From Candidatus Hydrothermota bacterium (GTDB taxonomy: Bacteria > Hydrothermota > Hydrothermia > B15-G9 > DRBW01): a stretch of DNA of 60,294 nucleotides. The stretch's first letter is position 1, and every line of letters begins with the position of its first letter. Under the pieces are notes generated by a model. That model did not search any database and was not told where the DNA came from. It saw only the letters and a program-made list of their open reading frames with translations. The stretch is from positions 1 through 60,294 of the forward strand of contig JAGGUL010000079.1 of assembly GCA_021158525.1 (NCBI GenBank). The letters are read 5' to 3'. The position numbers and the translations under genes are program-made. This document shows, one piece after another, positions 28,001 through 37,157 of this stretch.

Positions 28001-28848
28001 CTGAGGGCAATGCCCCGCCCTATGGGGTAATGGGCAAAAATGCAAATAACAAATCCCGCCGCCAGATACGCTCCCTCGCCGGTCCTGTAACGCTGTATCC
28101 TTTACCGGGGCCTTTTCCCCTGACAGTTGACACTTCTCTTTCCTATTATTCCGCTCGTCTCGGCGACACAATCCCTTCGCCTTTCACTCATTACAGGTCT
28201 GGATACATAAATACCTGGGATATACCGGTTGACTACGGAAATGACCATCTTATTTATATCTTTCCCAACATAGACCCGATTTATGACTATTACATCGGCG
28301 TGAAGTTCTACCAGGAGGCTGCCGACGTGAGAAATGCCCGGATTTATGCGGGCAACGAGCTACTCGGGGAGGTTAGCTACAACTACGAAACACCCAGAGT
28401 TGCGTTTTTCAGAGTCCCTCCCCAGACCTATTCAGACAGCAGCATAACGATATCCCTCGAGAATCTCGGGAGCGCCATGGTCACAGCTGCGGAAGTCAGG
28501 CTTTATCGGTTTGAGAGATGGATCTGGACTCCATGGGGCGGTCCTCTTTCATCTGAAGTCACAAGAGCGAACCAGAGTCCCTCATTCTCAATAAAACCCA
28601 GCATCTTCAGGGAGAGAACGGAGATAAGCTTCAGTTTGCCAGAGAATGAAAAAGTAGAGCTCAGCGTTTATGACGAAAGTGGTAGGAAAGTGCGAAACAT
28701 ACACAGCGGATTGATGTTGAAAGGTGATCACACTCTTCTCTGGGACGGAAGGGATTCTCGCGGGAAGAAAGTTGCTGGAGGAATCTATTTCTTCAGATTG
28801 AGAACCAGAAACGATGAAATCGTGGAAAAAGCGCTTTTGTTAAGATAA
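25063..28848 (+). CDS. Large secreted beta-propeller protein (NHL-like and BNR Asp-box) with FlgD-like C-terminal domain
   Basis: Signal peptide after ATG 25063; SPDGGVTW Asp-box; VYDESGR...WDGRD...GGIYFFR. Confidence 0.75.
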   Translation: MRRYVGVALLILAGSGAMRASQDAPGLLWNYLSDQERKLYSSYEHFKGQYELSQSLLQIKGFIPGSLYTVGRGPGNYNFSAIWDGAVYRDTLFLGIFGFDHIAKFTSDGQFVASLGARPTLYYLHGIGVNDRYIWISQGDGGHPKKWIVSRTYPATIIDVDDSTSYRFIRIALDSTDAYCLVHDYFNSDRGNLYMFPDSSVDPADVIFTIEHDFKGVDVDNLFLWLVDADSLYRYSKNPGNPPSFEASAFIAHNLIDVVAGYNRVFVARKASDDSMTVFIIDKNSLEPVSSFNTAFLPAQYMTMASLEMIGDTLYVMKRVDRRACEHSWAVERFLIQNDTAISLDQFGDEFPMETYAPEQTILRDGYWISSNSYEWLKITIRKPDGSFEKQIDLPYHSVGIEYDPERGYFYLGLTVPDGSGNLAIVDTSGNIISTALNNSSWIHNIHLWHDTLFVKASASSYIHVMNPENLETYRVFFVNQGVGSPGMDIAGDSGFIFVTAKIDGRSGVKVFRRDGSYVADIAIYNTMVHYYDVSVDDRVFPWRVFVSPNTSGVSPLLICEVNPLTWEWEFVDSVGAPLYRSVLYPHWEWLSFTDTLYLRNPKNFIIAVGEPAGSKVLMADIHNRRTVVHPLKVNHRSDTPLATAYQGQRHLVRVPNSDFLHLVYESQGNIYYHTSPDGGVTWNPPKIIEGGKYPSLLRNFGDGKETGIVYVKDGQLRYAQVDPYYIAYNTVTLWTEESDIAFPVVTKVWREDTRFIHVVYEGRKNGTLCLSYASYMIPIYPDSPVTIMPGRHELIAYLNEPGSHPSLTSDMYLFHLHVVWQNQGKIFYSEYNNGEWMPPVEIEIVVWGTAESPDITAYGEKIYVNFVQDSTSNGIYERLVRRIRDLSDTLPYWWWEFPEDTLISSADLRNATLSLTGRYSFFAMNETPCTPTPTWEMYYYDWATGDMKNISQSPSIDSKYPAASSMELNDMSRWYCIWTEGNAPPYGVMGKNANNKSRRQIRSLAGPVTLYPLPGPFPLTVDTSLSYYSARLGDTIPSPFTHYRSGYINTWDIPVDYGNDHLIYIFPNIDPIYDYYIGVKFYQEAADVRNARIYAGNELLGEVSYNYETPRVAFFRVPPQTYSDSSITISLENLGSAMVTAAEVRLYRFERWIWTPWGGPLSSEVTRANQSPSFSIKPSIFRERTEISFSLPENEKVELSVYDESGRKVRNIHSGLMLKGDHTLLWDGRDSRGKKVAGGIYFFRLRTRNDEIVEKALLLR

Positions 28849-28860
28849 CACAGACATTAA

Positions 28861-28884
28861 GGGGAGGGACTTAAGTCCCTCCCC
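28861..28884. repeat. Perfect 24-bp palindrome/hairpin between two secreted-protein genes
   Basis: GGGGAGGGAC TTAA GTCCCTCCCC; no U-tract; directly followed by SD GAGGAGG. Confidence 0.85.
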
Positions 28885-28899
28885 CGAGGAGGTTTGTTT

Positions 28900-30720
28900 A
28901 TGAGGTGGACGATTTTGATTCTATGGATCAGTTCCTTCCCCGCTTTTGCCATGCATTTCAACCTGAAATCCCAAATAAACGATGGACCGGGTGCTGGCAA
29001 TCTACTTATTGGTGATACGGACGGAGATGGTAAACCAGAACTGATTTTTTATTCCTGTCTTCAGGAGTGCGGAGTAAATATCTACGAATTCGATGGTGGA
29101 ACATGGGGAAATACCTATAGCATTGGCACAGGATTTTTACCTGTCTATGGCCTCGGGTTACTCGATGGCGATAGCCTCTACGATTTATGGCTCCAACACT
29201 ATGATACCCTCTGCCTCTTTGAAAGCCCTACACCCTACTCTTTCCCTATACAAAAGGTTTGGACATCCCCTTATAACGGCACATATAACTTCCATTACCA
29301 GATGGACATGAAAGATATGGACAACGACGGCAAAATCGACATCGTCGACGCCGGTGAAGGCCCTTTCTCCACATACAACCTTTGTATCTATGAAAACAAT
29401 GGAGATAACTCCTTCGACATCGTCTTCTATGATACAACTTTGATCGTCTGGGGTAGCAGACCCGCCCTCTGTGACTATGATGGTGACGGCAAAATGGAGA
29501 TCGCCATAGGTACCCTTGAGAACCATGCCCTTTTTATCGAAAATACCGGAAATAACTCCTATGAACTCTGCTGGGAGATGCCCCTTTCATCTCTGATCGA
29601 CAGCGTACCTGTGGGTTACCTTCTGGATGTCTTTGCGTGTCCCGATTCTCTCCCCGATATGGACGGTGATGGCAAGAGAGAGGTCGTCTTTCATCCAAAA
29701 TCCACTTCTGCTGTGAATCCATGCCAGTGGCGCGAAGATGTTGTCATCCTGGAAGCTGACGGTGACAATAGCTACAGACTTTCATGGTATGACTCCCTCC
29801 CCGGCTACTCATGGTCTGGTAGCTGGCCACACGGACATAACCTACTGCGTTCAACTATTGCAGATATCGATGGTGATACAACGCCCGAAATACTGCTCTC
29901 TGTTGCTCATAAAGTCTACATCCTCAAAGCCACATCTAACGATAACTACCAGCTTGCTGGCGAAATATACCTCACACCCCTCGTCGGCGCACCTATGGAC
30001 GAATACATGGACGAACTTTATATCACAGCTTGGGATTTAGATAACAACGGCCTCAATGAAATTATCACGGGAATAGTCTATGAAGATAATCAACACTACA
30101 GCCACAAAAAGATTCTCATTTTTGAGAAGGGCATAGACCTCCAGTGGATATACCCCAACTCCACTGACACTCTCACCGCCAACTCACACATCACACTCAA
30201 GTGGAACATCCTCGATCACTCCGCCGTGGACTCATGCTTCATCTTCCTCTCCTCCCCCTATAACCCACATAACAAACAACTCATCTTCTCAGGCTCCCCA
30301 TCCGATACTTCCTTCACCTGGACAGTCCCCGACTCCCTCGGCTGGTTCAAACTCATGCTCCTCGCCACTGGACCTGGTATCCCCCCAAGAAGAGACTCCC
30401 TCTTCTCCTCACCCTTCTTCATACTCACCGACGTCAAGGAAAATCAAAACCTGCCCCTCATCCCCCACGGCCTCTCGGTAAAACCATCCAATCCTGCTTC
30501 TTTGCCCCTTTCCATCTGCTTTTATGTGGACAGGCCTGAAGATGTCAGGTTGTATGTTGTGGATGTGAGTGGGAGGGTGCTGAAGAGGTTCAGGGGGTTG
30601 AGGAGGGGTTACAATGAGGTGAGGTGGAGTGGTGAGGGAGAGGTGTGCAATGGAGTGTATTATGTGGTGCTGGAGGTTGGGGGTGAGAGGCACATCAGGA
30701 GGGTGGTGCTGGTGCAGTGA
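28900..30720 (+). CDS. Secreted FG-GAP/VCBS repeat protein with T9SS-like C-terminal domain
   Basis: Repeated DxDGDGxxE/D motifs (DTDGDGKPE, DMDNDGKID, DYDGDGKME, DLDNNGLNE); VVDVSGR...GVYYV. Confidence 0.85.
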   Translation: MRWTILILWISSFPAFAMHFNLKSQINDGPGAGNLLIGDTDGDGKPELIFYSCLQECGVNIYEFDGGTWGNTYSIGTGFLPVYGLGLLDGDSLYDLWLQHYDTLCLFESPTPYSFPIQKVWTSPYNGTYNFHYQMDMKDMDNDGKIDIVDAGEGPFSTYNLCIYENNGDNSFDIVFYDTTLIVWGSRPALCDYDGDGKMEIAIGTLENHALFIENTGNNSYELCWEMPLSSLIDSVPVGYLLDVFACPDSLPDMDGDGKREVVFHPKSTSAVNPCQWREDVVILEADGDNSYRLSWYDSLPGYSWSGSWPHGHNLLRSTIADIDGDTTPEILLSVAHKVYILKATSNDNYQLAGEIYLTPLVGAPMDEYMDELYITAWDLDNNGLNEIITGIVYEDNQHYSHKKILIFEKGIDLQWIYPNSTDTLTANSHITLKWNILDHSAVDSCFIFLSSPYNPHNKQLIFSGSPSDTSFTWTVPDSLGWFKLMLLATGPGIPPRRDSLFSSPFFILTDVKENQNLPLIPHGLSVKPSNPASLPLSICFYVDRPEDVRLYVVDVSGRVLKRFRGLRRGYNEVRWSGEGEVCNGVYYVVLEVGGERHIRRVVLVQ

Positions 30721-30749
30721 CAAGGAACAATGAGAGCAGGCGGATATAA

Positions 30750-31454
30750 GTGTGGCAGAAAGATCCCGGAAATTCAAGGAGCCCTGCGAAAAATATAAGA
30801 AAAACTAAATCAGCACTTCGCATAGCGGGGATAGACCTCTCCGGCCCCAAAAACCTGCGAAACACAAGCGTCGCGGTCCTCGAATACGGACATACTCTGG
30901 CGCTTCTGAAGCTTCAAAAGGGATTGAACGACAACCAGATTCTTGAGTTGTTGAAGAAACTGAAAGTCAAGGTAGTCTCGATTGACGCTCCGCTCTCTCT
31001 GCCCAGTGAAGTATGGAGGCCAGAGGACATCTACCTGAGGGAGGTCCTCAAAAACCGCGGCGGCTCTCCCCGCTACGTTATGGCTCCGACGGCTACCTTT
31101 CAGATGAGATCCCTTACGGAAAGGGGAATTAAGCTCAAAAACCTTCTAGAAATGAATCGAATAAAAGTGCTCGAAACACATCCGAGGGCCTCTCTTTTGT
31201 TCCTCACGAAAGACGCCGATCTGGCCCAGAACTACAAAAACAAGGACAGAAAAAAGAGGAAAAGGGCACGGGATAGAATACTGGAGCTTCTGCGAAAACA
31301 CATAGATATCGGGAACTTCGTTCTCCGCGATGATCACGATATAGATGCACTCATCTGCGCCTACGTGTCATTTCTCGCCTCATGTAGTCCTGAGAAACTT
31401 CTTCAAATAAACGAAGGCTTCTATGTGGTGGCGCCGGAGGGAACGTTCTCATGA
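30750..31454 (+). CDS. DUF429 (RNase H-like predicted nuclease) protein; start uncertain
   Basis: AGIDLSG, SIDAPLSLP, ETHP, DALICA. Confidence 0.8.
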   Translation: MWQKDPGNSRSPAKNIRKTKSALRIAGIDLSGPKNLRNTSVAVLEYGHTLALLKLQKGLNDNQILELLKKLKVKVVSIDAPLSLPSEVWRPEDIYLREVLKNRGGSPRYVMAPTATFQMRSLTERGIKLKNLLEMNRIKVLETHPRASLLFLTKDADLAQNYKNKDRKKRKRARDRILELLRKHIDIGNFVLRDDHDIDALICAYVSFLASCSPEKLLQINEGFYVVAPEGTFS

Positions 31455-32542
31455 CCGCCTTCTTCGAGTAGTCGAACTATCAATTCAACTGCCCTTTGAG
31501 AAGCCCTGCCATCAAGCCCGTAAAACAGGTAATTCCTCCACTTCTCCATTTCTTCGAGCATTTCGCTATCGGGGTTAAGGGCATGCTCTATAGCCTCTCT
31601 CAACTGCTCCGGAGACTTCACGTGGGGATAAGCACCTTTTAAAAATTTCTCAGGGTCTTCGTCAAGAATAGGAGTACCGTCGTGATGGCGCAATTTCTGA
31701 TGTGGAAGATCGTATATAACGCCTATTTTCCCGAGGGCAAGGAATTCGAAGATCGTGCTTGAGGCCTCGCTCACAAGAACATCGGCAGCCACAAGAAAAG
31801 GAAGTATATTGTCTTTTTCGGGAGGAACCAGAACGGCATGATCGTACTTCTTGACTGCCTTCTCGTAGATCCTGTGGTGACTGTGGGGCGCATAGCTCCC
31901 GCTCCAGCTATAGGGATGCAATTTAATTATGAGGTTGTAGTCTTTAGTGGCCTCGAGAATGTGCTCCTTCACATATTTGATACAGGAAGGCTTATGGGTC
32001 GGGGCAAAGAGGATAGTCTTCCTGGCGGGGTCAAGCCCCAGTTCTCTCAACACCTCCTCCCTTCTATATTTGCCCTGAAAAACGGGATCGAGCTTTGTAT
32101 ACCCCACCACATATACTTCGGATACTCCGAGCACTCCCTTTTCCAGTATCTTCCGTTTTCTGTATTCCCCCTCGACAAAAATCATGTATTTAGTGTTACT
32201 GCTCTTAGAGAGATTCCGATAGAGAACGTTTTTTATTCCCGTTCCGTGATTGATAAATACTAACAGCGTTCTGCCGTAATCTTCCGGATTTCCGAGCGTG
32301 TCCCCGGTGATGACAGCGTCAAACCCCTTTCTCGTACTGGCTATACGTCTTCCTTCTTTTCGCAACAGATCTTCAGCTTCCCTGCGCCTCGACCTCAGAA
32401 ACAGAAACCTCCTCACTTTCTCATCTTCGCAGGAAAAATAGATGTCGAACCTGTCGTCATCCTTCATAACCTCATAAACAGGATCAAGGGCTGCACGGTG
32501 GTAAAGAAAGCTGAGCCGGAAAAGGACCTTTATCTTCCGCAT
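31421..32542 (-). CDS. CDP-glycerol glycerophosphotransferase-family protein
   Basis: NHG, GYTKLD, ILFAPT, IKLHP, ADVLVSEASS, DGRASQR. Confidence 0.85.
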   Translation of the reverse strand: MRKIKVLFRLSFLYHRAALDPVYEVMKDDDRFDIYFSCEDEKVRRFLFLRSRRREAEDLLRKEGRRIASTRKGFDAVITGDTLGNPEDYGRTLLVFINHGTGIKNVLYRNLSKSSNTKYMIFVEGEYRKRKILEKGVLGVSEVYVVGYTKLDPVFQGKYRREEVLRELGLDPARKTILFAPTHKPSCIKYVKEHILEATKDYNLIIKLHPYSWSGSYAPHSHHRIYEKAVKKYDHAVLVPPEKDNILPFLVAADVLVSEASSTIFEFLALGKIGVIYDLPHQKLRHHDGTPILDEDPEKFLKGAYPHVKSPEQLREAIEHALNPDSEMLEEMEKWRNYLFYGLDGRASQRAVELIVRLLEEGGHENVPSGATT

Positions 32543-32625
32543 GCCTATACTATCGGGCGGATCACCTCGTTATTCAAGGCAGGTCTTGTTATGGGCCTGT
32601 TTCTTCTTTATCATAAATCGCTGAA

Positions 32626-33813
32626 ATGGTGAGATTCATACACACGGCTGACTGGCAAATCGGTTTTGAGGCCAGGGAAGCTGCAGAGATCGGCGATGAA
32701 CTGCGGGAAGCTCGATTTGAGACAATAGAGAAAATAGCAGACGTTGCTCTCAGGGAAGGGGTGGATTTTCTGCTCATTGCGGGTGATCTGTTTGAAAGCA
32801 ATCTTATCTCTCCGCAAACCGTCCACCGTGTGTTGAGCACGCTGACCCGTTTGCATCCCATCCCCGTCTTCGTTCTCCCCGGGAATCACGATCCTTATAC
32901 GCCTTCATCCATTTACCAGGGCAAGGCCTGGAACCGAGCTCCTGACCACATAAAACTGCTCCTCGAACCTGTCGAAACTTCCGACTCGGTGATAATCCCC
33001 TCCCCTCTTTATCAGAAAAACTCGAGAGAAGACCCGTCGTCGAGAATCTCCTTTCCCTCCGATAAGGAGAAAATCAAAATCGCAGCTCTGCACGGCTCCC
33101 TGGCCATAGAGGGTATGTACGAGCACGACGACTTCCCCATCTCGCCCGATGTGGCCGAGAGGCTCGGAGCCGATTACGTGGCTCTCGGCCACTGGCACAG
33201 CACTTTCAGGTTAAACGACAGGGTTTATTACCCCGGAACTCCTGAACCCACTTCATTTTCTGAACGACGCAGCGGGAACGTCCTTCTTGTGGAGATAGAG
33301 GGGCCCGGCAAGCTCCCTGAGGTCAAAGAGATAGAAGTCAAAACCCTTACCTGGCAGGAAAAAAGTGCTGAGCTGCGCCCTGGCAGCGAAAAGGACATAC
33401 TCGATGCCCTCCTCAGGGAAATAGAAGATATCCCGCAAAAGCGCCGAACCCTCCTGAGAATCAGGCTCACGGGCTTCGCAGACCCGGAGTTCATCAGAGA
33501 TTCTGAAGTATACCTGGAACAGCTGAGAGAGGATTTCCTTTACCTCGACATCAGAAAAGAAGTGAAATTGGCACCTGAACCACAGAAACTCGAGAAAATC
33601 GCCGCAGGAAGCCTCTTAATCAAGGAGATTATGAAAGAACTGTTGAACCTGAAGGATTCACTGGAAGGACGGCGGGGAAAATCGAGCGACGAAAGCGAAC
33701 GCCTCCTCGAAACGGTCAGGAAAAAGTTCGGTGATCATCCCCTGGACCTCGCGAAGGCGGCCGAGGAGGCGGTGATGCTCCTCGCGGAGCTGACACTATC
33801 CCATGATACTTAG
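32626..33813 (+). CDS. SbcD/Mre11-like DNA repair exonuclease (YhaO-type)
   Basis: HTADWQIG, AGDLF, PGNHD, HGS, ALGHWH, YPGTPE. Confidence 0.9.
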   Translation: MVRFIHTADWQIGFEAREAAEIGDELREARFETIEKIADVALREGVDFLLIAGDLFESNLISPQTVHRVLSTLTRLHPIPVFVLPGNHDPYTPSSIYQGKAWNRAPDHIKLLLEPVETSDSVIIPSPLYQKNSREDPSSRISFPSDKEKIKIAALHGSLAIEGMYEHDDFPISPDVAERLGADYVALGHWHSTFRLNDRVYYPGTPEPTSFSERRSGNVLLVEIEGPGKLPEVKEIEVKTLTWQEKSAELRPGSEKDILDALLREIEDIPQKRRTLLRIRLTGFADPEFIRDSEVYLEQLREDFLYLDIRKEVKLAPEPQKLEKIAAGSLLIKEIMKELLNLKDSLEGRRGKSSDESERLLETVRKKFGDHPLDLAKAAEEAVMLLAELTLSHDT

Positions 33814-36514
33814 AAAGCTAAAAGTCAGCGGAGTAGGGGTTTTCAGAGAATCCTTAGAGCTATCGGGATTCAATGACGGCATAAACCTCATCGTCGGGCC
33901 CAACGAGATAGGAAAATCCACTCTGATCAGGGCCCTGAAATGTGCCCTTTTTTACAAGTACAGCTCCAGGGACAGGGAGATAAAAAGCCTTCAGCCTTGG
34001 GGAACCATGCTTGCTCCCCGAATAGAAGTTGAATTCGAAGCGAAGGGAGCCCTGTACCGTCTGGAGAAAAAGTTCCTTGAGACGCCCTTCTCCGTCCTCT
34101 ACAAATTCGAAAACGGCAAATTCCAGAAATTCGCCGAACTCGACAGAGCCGATGATTTCGTGCAGGAGCTTCTCCTCGTTCCAAGAAGGCCCAAAAAAGA
34201 AACCCGCCTCGGAATCGCGAGGTTGCTCTGGGTGGATCAGGGCGGCGATCACTTAAAACTGGAAAGCCTGCCCCTCGAACTGGAGGAAAAGATAAGGGCG
34301 ATACTCGGAAGCTCAGGAATAACTGAATTTGAGGGCAGGTTCCTCAAAAAATTAAAGGAAACTTACGGTGAGATTTTCACCGAAAGAGGACGCTTTATCA
34401 CGGGGCAGAAAGCCCCGGACGTCATAAAGCTCAGGGATGAAATTGAGCAACTGAGGACCAGACTTAACAACATTAATGCCCTCATCGATTCCGTTGAGCA
34501 AAAGGCCGAAAGGATCGAGTTCGAGAGGAAAAATATCGAAAAATTGCACAGGGACTTGGAGGAAAGGGGCAAAAAAATCAAGAAACTACGAGAAGAATAC
34601 GAGATATACAAAAAACTCAAAAATGATTTTGCCAGAAAGAAAGAAACGGAACAGACACTGAGAATCAAATTTGAAAACCACAACAAAAATCTCAACAGGC
34701 TGAAAGAACTGCGCGAGCTGAAAGAGAAAAAGAAGGAAAAACTTGGGAAACTGAAAAAGCGTCTTGAAGAGCTGGACAAAATCGCCGTCGAATATAACAA
34801 AAAGGCCCATGAGCTTAAGACGCGGCTCGAAGCACTGCAAAAGGAGATCGAAGCAAAAAGGGCAGAACTGGAAAAAACAGAAAAAACTCAGAAAGCAGCG
34901 GAACTTGTCGATAAAATCAGGGCTCTCGAGAAGAAAATCTCGGCTCTGAAGGAGTTAGAAGATAAAATAACCCGCGCGAAAGAAGCTCTGCAATCCATCA
35001 AAGCACCCCCCGAGGACGAATTGAAGAAGGCACGCCGATTGAACACCCAGCTGATAACGCTCAAAAGCAAAGGGAAATCTGCCGGATTTAACTTCAAAAT
35101 CAGAGCCCTGGCTCCTTTCAAGACGGAAATAAACAAGGATTCGGAAAATATAGTTCAGGACATCCTGAGCGGCACTGAGGTGAGCTACGACGTCCTGGAG
35201 AAAATTCAGATGAAAATACCGGGGCTCTTGCAACTCGAGGTGAGAAGCAAGTCACCCGAATCGCGAAAACTGAAGGAATCCATCGAGAAAGCAGAGGCGG
35301 AACTTAAAAAAATATTCGAAAAGTATAGCTGTGAGAGCATAGCTGAACTGGAGGAGAGAAGCAGGGAAAAGCTCGAGAAGGAAAGCGAACTCAGGAGCTT
35401 CTTATCGAACAGGAACTTCCTGGCAGGGGGAGAGAAGATCGAGGACTTCGAAAAGAGGCGCGCCGAAAATGAAAAAAAATTAGAAAAGCTGCTCGAAGAA
35501 TTGGGAATGGAAAAAAGCGAGCTCAAGCCCCCGGCCGCGGCCGAGGCAATAAAAACGGGCCTTTTGAAGCTAAAAGATGAGTTCGAAAAGACGAGGGTTG
35601 AGATCAAAAAGGTTGAAGAATTCATGGAAAAAACCGAGGCAGAAAAAACTGAGCTCAATAAAACTGCAGTGAGACTCCACACTGAACTGAAATCCGCTGA
35701 AAGCGAGACAAAGAGGATCCTGGAGGAATATGGCGACGAAGAAAAACTCAAAAATGCCTGGAGAAACTCCAAAACCGAACTCGAGATGATCGGGGAGGAA
35801 CTTAAAGAACTCGAGACCAGGCTGAAGAAATTTCCTCCCGATATGGATTTGACAATAGAAAGGGAAGAAAAGCAGCTTCAGGCTCTGGATGGAGACATCA
35901 GAAGGAGAGAAACAGAACTCAACAGGCTCGAGGGTTCGCTGGAGGAGCTCCTTTCGGGGGATCTGTATGGTGAAAAAGCAAAGCTCTCCGAAAAGATAAG
36001 AACCCTTGAAAACCTCTACCGAGCCAAACTCAACAGGTCTATCGGCGTCTATCTCCTCTACAGCTTATCGGAAGCTGTGAAAGACCGCATGTTCAACACA
36101 CTGATAACCCCCATAGCTCTGATGGTCAGGGATTTTATAAATCGCGTTACAGGCAGAGATAGAGAGGTCGAGCTGTCCAAAGGCCTTCAGGTAAGCTCAA
36201 TAACGGAAGGAGGACAACCCCACAATGTTGATGAATACTCAACGGGCACTGTGGAACAGCTCTCGCTACTTGTCAGAATAGCGCTGGGACTGCAACTGGC
36301 GAACTGGGAGAGACAGCTTATCGTGCTTGATGATGTGCTTGCTTACACGGACAGCGAGAGGAGGAAAAGGATCTTCAGGATCCTCGAGGAAATCAGTGAG
36401 AAATTGCAGGTTATCATCCTGACAGCACATCCGGAACGGTATTCCGAGCTCGATTACGGAAAAGCCTTTGACCTCTCCGTTCTGTTGACAGCTTCTGACG
36501 GAACGGGTATCTAA
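33803..36514 (+). CDS. SbcC/Rad50-like coiled-coil ABC ATPase (YhaN-type)
   Basis: Walker A GPNEIGKST; long coiled coils; YSTGTVEQ signature; LIVLDD; LTAH. Confidence 0.88.
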   Translation: MILRKLKVSGVGVFRESLELSGFNDGINLIVGPNEIGKSTLIRALKCALFYKYSSRDREIKSLQPWGTMLAPRIEVEFEAKGALYRLEKKFLETPFSVLYKFENGKFQKFAELDRADDFVQELLLVPRRPKKETRLGIARLLWVDQGGDHLKLESLPLELEEKIRAILGSSGITEFEGRFLKKLKETYGEIFTERGRFITGQKAPDVIKLRDEIEQLRTRLNNINALIDSVEQKAERIEFERKNIEKLHRDLEERGKKIKKLREEYEIYKKLKNDFARKKETEQTLRIKFENHNKNLNRLKELRELKEKKKEKLGKLKKRLEELDKIAVEYNKKAHELKTRLEALQKEIEAKRAELEKTEKTQKAAELVDKIRALEKKISALKELEDKITRAKEALQSIKAPPEDELKKARRLNTQLITLKSKGKSAGFNFKIRALAPFKTEINKDSENIVQDILSGTEVSYDVLEKIQMKIPGLLQLEVRSKSPESRKLKESIEKAEAELKKIFEKYSCESIAELEERSREKLEKESELRSFLSNRNFLAGGEKIEDFEKRRAENEKKLEKLLEELGMEKSELKPPAAAEAIKTGLLKLKDEFEKTRVEIKKVEEFMEKTEAEKTELNKTAVRLHTELKSAESETKRILEEYGDEEKLKNAWRNSKTELEMIGEELKELETRLKKFPPDMDLTIEREEKQLQALDGDIRRRETELNRLEGSLEELLSGDLYGEKAKLSEKIRTLENLYRAKLNRSIGVYLLYSLSEAVKDRMFNTLITPIALMVRDFINRVTGRDREVELSKGLQVSSITEGGQPHNVDEYSTGTVEQLSLLVRIALGLQLANWERQLIVLDDVLAYTDSERRKRIFRILEEISEKLQVIILTAHPERYSELDYGKAFDLSVLLTASDGTGI

Positions 36515-36524
36515 GTATAAGCTC

Positions 36525-37136
36525 ATGGGTAGACTTGTAATTGGAATAGCAGGCGGATCGGGATCGGGAAAAACCACGGTCGCCAGCAGGATAATCTCGG
36601 CGGTGGGGGAAGAAAGAGTTACTTACATACAGCACGATTCCTATTACAAAGACAGGAGCAACATACCGCTGGAAGAAAGGGAGAAAATCAACTACGACCA
36701 CCCAGATGCCCTCGAAACCTCGCTTCTCGTGAGACATTTGCACAAATTACTTGAGGGGAGCCCGGTAGAAATACCGATATATGATTTCATCACCCACACG
36801 AGAAAACCAGTCGGCAACATAGTATATCCAAGAGACGTCATAATCGTTGAGGGAATTCTCATCTTCGTGGAGAAGGAGCTCAGAGAGCTTTTTGACATAA
36901 AGCTCTATGTGGATACCGATCCAGATATAAGATTCATCCGAAGGTTAAAGCGCGACATAGAGGAGAGGGGAAGAACCATTGATTCCGTTATAAAACAATA
37001 CCTTGAAACTGTCAGGCCGATGCACATCGAGTTCGTCGAACCCACAAAGAGGTTCGCAGACGTCATAATACCCGAAGGTGGATACAACCAGGTTGCCATA
37101 AATATGGTCATCTCAACGATTTTACAAAAGCTTTAA
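36525..37136 (+). CDS. udk: Uridine kinase
   Basis: GIAGGSGSGKTT, DSYY, NYDHP, IIVEGIL, RDIEERGR. Confidence 0.95.
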   Translation: MGRLVIGIAGGSGSGKTTVASRIISAVGEERVTYIQHDSYYKDRSNIPLEEREKINYDHPDALETSLLVRHLHKLLEGSPVEIPIYDFITHTRKPVGNIVYPRDVIIVEGILIFVEKELRELFDIKLYVDTDPDIRFIRRLKRDIEERGRTIDSVIKQYLETVRPMHIEFVEPTKRFADVIIPEGGYNQVAINMVISTILQKL

Positions 37137-37157
37137 ATTTGAGAAACTTTCTCAAAT
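37137..37157. repeat. Perfect 10-1-10 palindrome after the udk stop
   Basis: ATTTGAGAAA C TTTCTCAAAT. Confidence 0.75.

Noticed and set aside
34450-36000. A-rich low-complexity tract
   Set aside because: Explained by Lys/Glu-rich coiled-coil coding
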